From contig KV454012.1 in assembly GCA_001661245.1 (NCBI GenBank), positions 340,147 to 404,146 of the forward strand: a stretch of DNA of 64,000 bases. The letters are read 5' to 3'. A model generated the notes under the pieces. The model was not told the origin of the DNA, ran no database searches, and saw nothing but the letters and a program-made list of their open reading frames with translations. Origin of the DNA: Pachysolen tannophilus NRRL Y-2460 (taxonomy: Eukaryota). This document shows positions 55,884 through 64,000 of the stretch, piece by piece (position 1 is the stretch's first letter; the number at the start of each line of letters is the position of its first letter). The position numbers were made by a program, and so were the translations under genes.

Positions 55884-56297
55884 ATTTTTTCTTGAAAAAT
55901 CTTAGCGCAAAACATTTGGCTGGGAAAAAGTGAAAACGAGAGGATGTTTTTCTCTTTTTATATATATTTTTTTTTAATACAAAAGGTTTTTTATTTGTTT
56001 TAAACAGCGGTTAATATTAAAATATTTAAATACTAAATTACTTACTTCTTTCATATCCATTACCTAAACTAAACCAAAGTTCATTGAAGAAAGTAATATT
56101 ATAGCATTTGAACCTATTTACTATTAAAAAAAAAAAAAAAAAGAAAAAAAATTAGGTAATTTCCACTCATTTCAAATTGTTTTATTAAATTAGTCAGTCA
56201 CAAGAGCTATTTTTTCTTTTTTTCTTTTTTTCTTTTATTTCTTTTCCCTCTTGTATATTAAAAAAGACCACCTAAAAGAAGCATAGTTATCAGTAGT

Positions 56298-59200
56298 ATG
56301 GATGATCAAATCCAGCAAGCCGTAGAGATTGCTTGCAACCCAAGCGCCAATAATGAACTTAAACAAGAAGTGAGTTTTTTTTTTATTTTGCCATCGCAAA
56401 AGTTTTTATACTAACAGAAGAAAATTTGGTTAATTTTTGTAGGCGCTTCAATTTATAAAAGAAGTTAAAACTTCAAATGACGGATGGGAAAGCTGTTTGT
56501 CGTTATTACATAAAAATCAGTCTATTTCCGAACAAACAAAATTTTTCATTTTTCAAGTATTAGATGAAAAGATTGAAGATTTAAATAATGATCAATTATT
56601 ACATTTAAAAAATTGTTTATTTCAATATGTAAATGATTTGATTTTAAATAAAGTTATTCAACTGGTTTATATTAGAAATGCAATAGCGAAAACTATGGCA
56701 CTTTTGTTTTGTCGCATATATGTTAATATTTATCCAAACTATTTAAAAGATTTGTTAAGTTTAATTAAAAATAATAATGGTAATGGCGGTTATAATGAAA
56801 TGGCCACAGATTTATATATGAGAGTCTTATTAGTGATTCATTCAGAAATTGGTGATAATTTGATTCAGAGAAAAAGAGTAAATATTGAATATAATAATAC
56901 TGTGAAAGATGCAATTAGAAGTAATGATGTTACAAATTTAACTTCATCTTGGAAAGATATATTATCATATTTTTCACAACAGGAACCATCTGATTTCATA
57001 AATGAAATCTTGAATAATACAGTACAGAGCATTGGTGATTATATATCATGGGTGGAAATTAATTTGATCTTGGACAATGATTATTTAAATTTGATTTTCC
57101 AATTTTTAGGTAATTCAAGACCATCTAATCAAAGAATAGTAACTTCAAATACTTTTATGGAAATTATTAAAAAAAAGATGCCAGTTTTGAAAAAATTAAA
57201 TTTAATGACTGTATTGAATTTAACTTCTGTAATTTCAAATTTAAATTTATCCCAAAGTTCACAAGATTTAGAATTCATGGAATCAATTTCAAAATTAGTT
57301 AACGCTATTGGAGTAGAGTTGATTTTGATCTTAGAAAATGCTACACAAGAAGAGTTGGCAAATAATGAATTTAGAAATTTAACAATGCAACAAATTTTAC
57401 AAGTTTTCCCCTTAGTATTCCAATTTCTTAGACATGAATATGATGATGTAGCAGTTCATGTTTTCCCATTCATTGGTGCATATTTATTATTTTTAAAACA
57501 AAACATAGTGAATGAAAATATCGATTTTTCACCTTTAAACAATGAAGAAATATTGACTTCTTTGTTGAATAATATTATTTTAAAAATGAAATATGATGAA
57601 GAAGATGATGGATCAGATGATGAAGATGTTGAAGCATTCCAAGAGGTTAGAAATAAATTAAAATCATTCCAAGAATCTGTAATGGTTTTAAATGAAAACT
57701 TGGGCTTATCAGTTCTCACCAATTGTATTAATGAAAGTTTATTTGGTGAATCAAAAGAATGGAGAAAATTGGAATTGGGATTATTTGAGTTAACAAACTA
57801 TAGTGAGATATTGAAGAATAATATCATGAACTTACCAAAAACAATGGTTAATGCTTCAAGACCATATTATATTTTCAATGAAATGTTATGTAAAGTTGTT
57901 GAGAATGCACCAAAGATCTTGGTTCATCATCCTTTAATACAATTGTTGTTTTTCGAATTAATCTTGAAACATTATAATTTTTTTGTTAATTCCAACATAG
58001 TTGTTGAAGGTATCGATAAACAAGTTTTAGTTTTAAAAGTTTTGAAAATTTTCATAAGTGAATTTGGTGTTTTCAACTCAAATTCAAAAGTTAAATTGAG
58101 ATCATGGTTCATTTTTTATAGATTTATTAAAATGACTAAACCAAAAGTAGAAGATTATATTTTGGAAGAATTAATTAACAATTTATTACCATTGTTGGAT
58201 ATTAAATTTTCTACTCAAGTGGCAATTAATCCTAAGAATCCAACAGAAATTGAATTAGAAAATTTAGAAGATCATTCGAATTTTGAAAGTCAATTATACC
58301 TTTTTGAATCAGTTGGTTTATTAATTTCATTTGTAGATAATTCAAAAGCTGAATTTCAAGTTAAATTAATGGAAGTTATATTACAACCTTTATTTTTAAA
58401 TTTGGAAAATTGTATTAACAATGTTCGTCAATCAAAATCAAATTTATTAGTTCCAATTCAAACTCATCATTTACTAATGGCAATAGGAACTTTTATAAAA
58501 GGATTCGAAAATTGTTTTAACGCTAATGAAATTATTAATGAAAAATTTTTAAATCATTTAGAACAAATTTCTACGGTTGTTATTATAACTTTAGAAAATT
58601 TCATAGATTTTAATATTATTAGGAATGCTACAAGATTTACATTGGTTAGAGTTTTTTTAATTTTGAGTAAAAATGTTTCATTAACCAATAATTTACTAGA
58701 ATTTATATTGAACAAATATTTGTCATTATTATTGGTGAATTTTGATCTTTTAAAAATATCTGAATTAATTGAATTCCTTAATTTTATAGGACAGATATCA
58801 CATTTTTTGAACAAATTTCAAAATTTTTATGGATTATTAAATAATTTGATTACTCCATTAATAACGAAAACTTCCCTGATTATAGATGATAAATCCATTG
58901 AATCAGATGATTTTGTTAAAAAGGAAAAGGAAAATTTGTTAATAACATTAATTTCTCTTTTAATAAGCATATCAAATAACAATTTAACAAGTTTATTGTT
59001 AACACCAGAAAATGGACCAATTTTTGGTACTATAGTTAACAAATTGTTAAATTATTCAATAAATATATCTGAGCCACAAGTTTCTAAATTGGCTATTGCT
59101 GAATTAAATAATTTGGTGGTTGTACTTGGACCTGGATATATAACAGATCCAGAAGATATAAATGGTAAAAATGTTATTGTTGAAGATATCAATACGATCT

Positions 59201-59508
59201 TGATTAATAATTTAATCATCTTATCTTTTGAATTACCCTTTAAACATACCGATTTTGATATCAAAAACTCTCAACATAGATCCTTAGTCACCGAGATTGC
59301 AAGAATATTGAAAAGCATAAGTTTAATTGGATCCCCAAAGAATTCAGATCAACCAAATGAATCAATGATTAATAATTTACAAATGTATATGTCCAGTTTA
59401 AACATTCAAGGAAACGTTATTGAGGATTTTTTGAAAAATTTGATGAACAGCAACGAAAAAGAATTTAACAAATATTTGATAAACTTCATAACCCAATTCA
59501 AAGGATAA
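56298..59508 (+). CDS. LOS1: Exportin-T (tRNA export karyopherin); exons 56298-56369 and 56443-59508
   Basis: MDDQIQQAVEIA...LKQE|ALQFI across a GTGAGT...TACTAAC...TAG intron; IHSEIGD, VKDAIR.ND, YISWVEINLI, RSWFIFYRF, FESQLYLFE. Confidence 0.9.
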
Positions 59509-60410
59509 TTCTTACTATTGCATCATCCTTTTTTTTTTTTTTCGTTTTTTCTTTTTTTTTTTTTTATTTTTAGGTTTATCATGAAACGAAAAGACTTTTG
59601 AAAAAATTCAAAAAATTAAAATAAAAAAAGCATTCATTATATAGATCTTTTTCTTTTTTTTTCCATATTTTCTCTCTCTTCTTCTTCATATAAAAGGATA
59701 TTGTACTTGCAAGACTAGACAAAAGGCTAAAATAGACTAGTTAAAAGAAGTGTAACATTCTTAACATGAATTAGTATATATATTTAATCTAATTTAATCC
59801 AACTATTGGTAGTTTTAGTATACTTTGTATACTTTGTATTCTTGTATTGGTAGGGTTTACCCGTACTAAACAAATCGTTTTTCCTTTGATCCCACCAGGA
59901 CCCATTTTTTATTAAGAAAAAAATTAAAAAAAAAGAAGAAAAAAAATTTATTCGACACCAAATTATATTATATTATATACGTTTATAAAGTAGAAGAAAT
60001 TTTTTGAATTTATTCATCAAATCAATTTATAAGTGGCTAATCAAATTGAGTAAAGAGATAGTTTTAAAAATAATTATATTGGTGATATCTTTTTAATTAC
60101 TTTTATATTCCTCCCCAAAAAAAAATTTTTTTTTTATTTTTTTTTTTTAGATATTTTATCCGTCTTTGCTTAATTGTTTTCTTACTCAAAAAGCTTTTGG
60201 TTATTTTCAAATTTTCAAATTTTTTTAATTTTATTTCTATCCAGTTTATTAAGAGAGTAGACAGGGTTTTCGGTTTTATCATTAGATAATATTTGGTTTG
60301 CTTGTGTTTCATAACTTTTTGAATTGTAAGTTTCCCAAATTGTGTCATTAAATTTTTATTTTTTTTATTTTGGAAATAATAATAGTAAAGGCAAAAAGAG
60401 CTTAAATATA

Positions 60411-62636
60411 ATGGGAGTTCCAAGTACATCTTCTTCAGCACCTGATACAATAGTTATTGATGACCCTTCAATTATTTCGGCATCAAAAAGAGATAATAAT
60501 AATAATAATAATAGGAGCAAACAAAAAGATTCAAATATTGCAGAAAGCAGTCAAGAGAATATGAATGCAATCACTAGATTTTTAGAAAGTGCAGCAGCTG
60601 CAGCTGCGAAAGAAGAACAATCCACTTCTTCAACTTCAGCTATAATAGATACAATTAAAAAAAACAATGTTGATTCTGAAGAAATTTATATTGAATATCC
60701 AAGAAGAGTTGTTTTGCATAAATATGGACCTGAAGGTTTGTTAAAATTAAAAGAATCACCATTAGTTGCAGAATTTATTAAAAAATTACGATTCCCTGAT
60801 GAGGATTTTTGGAGATTACGTACTAAAACATTCTCTCTCAATCAAGGTAATAACGGTAACAGTAACAACAGCAATAATAGCAACAACAACAATAACAATA
60901 ATAATAATAATAATAACAATAATAACAATAACAGCAATAACAAATGGTCGAGTGCACATCACCATCATGGGAACAATGGTACAGGTGAAATGGGTAGTTT
61001 TTCAATAAAGACACATGACAGAAGAAGAAATAATACCACTAATACAAGAAAGAAGAGAAGAGATAGTGAAAATCATCATCATAATATTAGCAGGAAATTC
61101 AATAATAATGTTCATGATCGTAGAGGTGAAGATGAGGAAGAAGAAGAGGACACACCTGAATGGATGTTAGAAAATGATGAACCAGTTGGTAATTCGGCAG
61201 TGGATTTTGAGAAATGGAAAGCTAAGATGAAATTAGAAGAAAAAAGATTGAATGGAGAAACTGTAACTGAAAACGAATTAAACGAATTAAAACACTTGGA
61301 TGATCCACAATTACGTGAAAATCAACAAGATCAAGAAAATAATCAAAATAATAAGGATTCTAAAAATGCAATTGATAATTTCTTTGGTTTTTATAAAGAA
61401 ACTTCTTCGGTTACAAAATCTTTTAACGATGCGGATAATAAATTGGTAGAATCAGAATTCCAAACATCATCCATTTCGAAAGATAGTCAACAAACTTCAG
61501 AGAAAAGTTCAAGATTTAGCTCTTTTTTTGGTGTTGCCTCACCTCCTCCCTCTCAAAGTACTACACTTGATAGACAAGGAGGTTCGCGTCTTCTGTCTAT
61601 ACTTAATGGTAACAAGGATAGTAGTAACAATAATGTCAATGTTAGTACGCCTTCTTCCAGCATTGTTTCACCGGTTCAACAATCCCAACGTTTTGTAGTT
61701 GGAAATGGTCCTTCTTCTGCCCTGCAAAATCAATATCAACAGCAACAACAGCAACAGCAACAACAGCAACAGCAACAACAGCAACATAGTCAAGTGCCAC
61801 ATGAGCAACAAGAAAATTCTGCTGCATCTCTATTAAATTCAATTAAAATGAATTCCAATCATAATCAAAATAGTCCTCAGCAACAATCCGCAGAACCACT
61901 GCAAAAAAATGACGTATTTTTCATGTCGCTATTGAATAAATCAGTGCAGCCCCCACATCAACCTTCTTCTGAACCCCAACAATCTCCGGCTTATAATAAT
62001 TCACCTCAGTTGAACAGGCCATTGTTCCAACAACCGCAAGTTAATCAACAATTCCAAGTTCCTCTCCAACAACAGCCACAGCGGCCAGGACAGTTTCCTC
62101 CAGGTCCAGGTCCAGGTCAGGTTCCAGTTCATATTCAGCAACAGGCAGATCAGCGTCAAGGAGGTCCTCTTCAACAATTACCACCACATATACAGCTGCA
62201 GCAACTTAATCAAAGCAAAGGCGTTAACTTTCAACAGTTTGCACCAAATGGCCAAAACCCGCTGGGTCCGTTTAATCAACAAATGCCTCCTTGGTTAATG
62301 CAAGGTGCCCCAATACCACCTCTGTTCATGAATGGTGGTAGAGGCTTACCAATTCCACAACAGCAAGGTGTTCCTCCACCTGGTTTACAACTGCAAAATC
62401 CACAGCAACCAGCTCTGGGTCAACAACCACAATTTTCGTCGAATGGAATGCCATCGTTCATCAATGGTCCACCTCCACCTGGTTTCAATGGAGGCCCAGG
62501 TTTTGGATTCCCACCACCACCACCGATGTTGTTCCCACAACAACCACAACAACCACATCAGCCTCAACAGCAACAACAGCAACAACAGTTTACCAGGATG
62601 AGTGGTCCACTTCCACAGTTTCAACAACGTAAATAA
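60411..62636 (+). CDS. EAP1: Eap1-like eIF4E-binding protein
   Basis: YxxxxLL motif (YGPEGLL), P...FWRL, TPEW, DFEKWKAKMK, SRFSSFF, P/Q-rich tail with PPPG motifs; first ATG at 60411. Confidence 0.78.
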   Translation: MGVPSTSSSAPDTIVIDDPSIISASKRDNNNNNNRSKQKDSNIAESSQENMNAITRFLESAAAAAAKEEQSTSSTSAIIDTIKKNNVDSEEIYIEYPRRVVLHKYGPEGLLKLKESPLVAEFIKKLRFPDEDFWRLRTKTFSLNQGNNGNSNNSNNSNNNNNNNNNNNNNNNNNSNNKWSSAHHHHGNNGTGEMGSFSIKTHDRRRNNTTNTRKKRRDSENHHHNISRKFNNNVHDRRGEDEEEEEDTPEWMLENDEPVGNSAVDFEKWKAKMKLEEKRLNGETVTENELNELKHLDDPQLRENQQDQENNQNNKDSKNAIDNFFGFYKETSSVTKSFNDADNKLVESEFQTSSISKDSQQTSEKSSRFSSFFGVASPPPSQSTTLDRQGGSRLLSILNGNKDSSNNNVNVSTPSSSIVSPVQQSQRFVVGNGPSSALQNQYQQQQQQQQQQQQQQQQHSQVPHEQQENSAASLLNSIKMNSNHNQNSPQQQSAEPLQKNDVFFMSLLNKSVQPPHQPSSEPQQSPAYNNSPQLNRPLFQQPQVNQQFQVPLQQQPQRPGQFPPGPGPGQVPVHIQQQADQRQGGPLQQLPPHIQLQQLNQSKGVNFQQFAPNGQNPLGPFNQQMPPWLMQGAPIPPLFMNGGRGLPIPQQQGVPPPGLQLQNPQQPALGQQPQFSSNGMPSFINGPPPPGFNGGPGFGFPPPPPMLFPQQPQQPHQPQQQQQQQQFTRMSGPLPQFQQRK

Positions 62637-63155
62637 AGTGCAGCTAAAGTATAGGGTTTTTCACGTACATTATGGGGTTTAAATTTTTTTTTTTTCTTTA
62701 TTTTTTTTTTTTTTTTTTTTTTATACCATTTAATACGTCAATACGAAGTATAGTCTCTTTTATTTGATTTAGTTAGCGGATCAGTTGTGTTGTAACTATT
62801 AAGAGTTAATTTATTCCCTAAAGCTTGTAGTTCAACATTTAGTACTTCCTAGAAAATATAAAATTCTATTGAAACTGCGTCCAATTGTGTCTGCGGCTCT
62901 TTTCTTCAGATCCAAATAGGCGAAAATGAAAAACTAAAGCGATTGAAACGTTAACGGAAAATACTTATTATTACTCGATATTGAGATAAGAGACCCCCTA
63001 TTTTTCATATAAAAACTAGGATTTAAGAGTAGTTATTTCATTCATCTTAATTGTAATAGTTTTGTTCTTTCTTTTTTCTTTTTTCTTTTTTCTTTTTTTT
63101 TTTTTTTTTTTAGCTGGAAAAAAAAAACAAAGTTTATTGAGCTTCTTGAAGGAAA

Positions 63156-64000
63156 ATGTCGAAAGTTGTTGTAGTCGGTGCCGGTGTTACTGGTTTAACA
63201 ACTGCTTACTTCTTATCAGAAAAAGGTTATGATGTTACAATAGTATTTAAGAAGGCCTTTTTTGATGGATATGATGATCTGTGCTATGCTTCCAATTTTG
63301 CAGGTGCCAATTGGCATAGTTTTGCCAGTCATGATGAAATTGAATTACAAGAATATGATAAACCGGCATATAGGAAATTTTTACATTTGGCCAAGACTGA
63401 TCCAAAAGCTGGTATAATATTGAAAAAAAACGTTTCTTATATAGAGAAAGAGACTTTTGCTAAAAAGTATAACAATGACCCTTCCAAAGTTTCACATCCT
63501 TGGTTTAAAGATTTTGTTGAAGACTACAAAATTATTCCTCAGCACGAATTACCAAGTAATATTGGGTTCGGAACTTCTTATCTTGGTGTTGTTATTACCA
63601 CGCCTATTTATCTTAACTACTTGTTACTGAAATGTGTTGAAAACGGAGCTACCTATAAAAGAGCTACTCTTGAACATATTAGAGACGCTGAAAAATATCA
63701 CCATTCGGGTATTAAACCTGATGTTATTGTCAATTGTACAGGACTTTTAGCAGCTAAATTAGGTGGAGTGGAAGATAAGGAAGTGTATCCGATTAGAGGT
63801 CAAATTATTGTAGTTGAAAATGACTGCAAAGATGTCATGAGTGTAAAATTTGAAGATCCCCAAAATCCAGATGATTTGTTATATATTATGCCTAGAAAAG
63901 AAGGTGGTGCTATTATTGGTGGTTGTTTCTTAGCCGATATTTGGAATAATACTCCTGATTACGAAATGGCAAATAGAACTTTGCAAAGAGCTAAAAAATA
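63156..64000 (+). CDS. D-amino acid oxidase family flavoprotein (runs off the window end; missing from the ORF track)
   Basis: MSKVVVVGAGVTGLTTA (GxGxxG), YASNFAGANW, VIVNCTGLLA..LGGVED..VYPIRGQ, YIMPR..G..IIGG. Confidence 0.93.
   Translation, partial: MSKVVVVGAGVTGLTTAYFLSEKGYDVTIVFKKAFFDGYDDLCYASNFAGANWHSFASHDEIELQEYDKPAYRKFLHLAKTDPKAGIILKKNVSYIEKETFAKKYNNDPSKVSHPWFKDFVEDYKIIPQHELPSNIGFGTSYLGVVITTPIYLNYLLLKCVENGATYKRATLEHIRDAEKYHHSGIKPDVIVNCTGLLAAKLGGVEDKEVYPIRGQIIVVENDCKDVMSVKFEDPQNPDDLLYIMPRKEGGAIIGGCFLADIWNNTPDYEMANRTLQRAKK

Noticed and set aside
1..64000. CRISPR arrays, transposases or recombinases, rRNA
   Set aside because: No repeat-spacer arrays, no integrase, reverse transcriptase or transposase motifs, and no rRNA-like sequence seen.

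Overview
AT-rich, gene-dense budding-yeast (Saccharomycotina) chromosomal segment with three N-gaps. It has about 23 protein genes (CWH43 partial, complex I NDUFB10-like, VRG4, TRM1, CCA1, BCK2-like, CHD1, RLI1, PAB1, NYV1/VAMP7-like, DPB4, SPO71, STE5-like, PDA1, BRR2, RAD3, KCH1-like, PRCC-like, amino acid permease, LOS1, EAP1-like, D-amino acid oxidase partial). Seven of them have a short 5' intron. It also has a tRNA-Ser(AGA) and an SRP (7SL) RNA gene. The main anomaly is that two genes are broken by in-place DNA inversions. The start codon and first 12 codons of RLI1 lie on the opposite strand in a flipped segment of about 170 bp. The C-terminal half of STE5, together with the tRNA, lies in a flipped segment of about 1.9 kb. 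Re-inverting each segment restores a continuous, normal-looking gene. I see no flanking inverted repeats, so misassembly and a real inversion cannot be separated from sequence alone. In-frame CTG codons fall at positions favouring a small residue (Ala more than Ser) rather than Leu, pointing to a CUG-reassigned code. Family assignments and homologue comparisons are from recalled motifs, not database searches.
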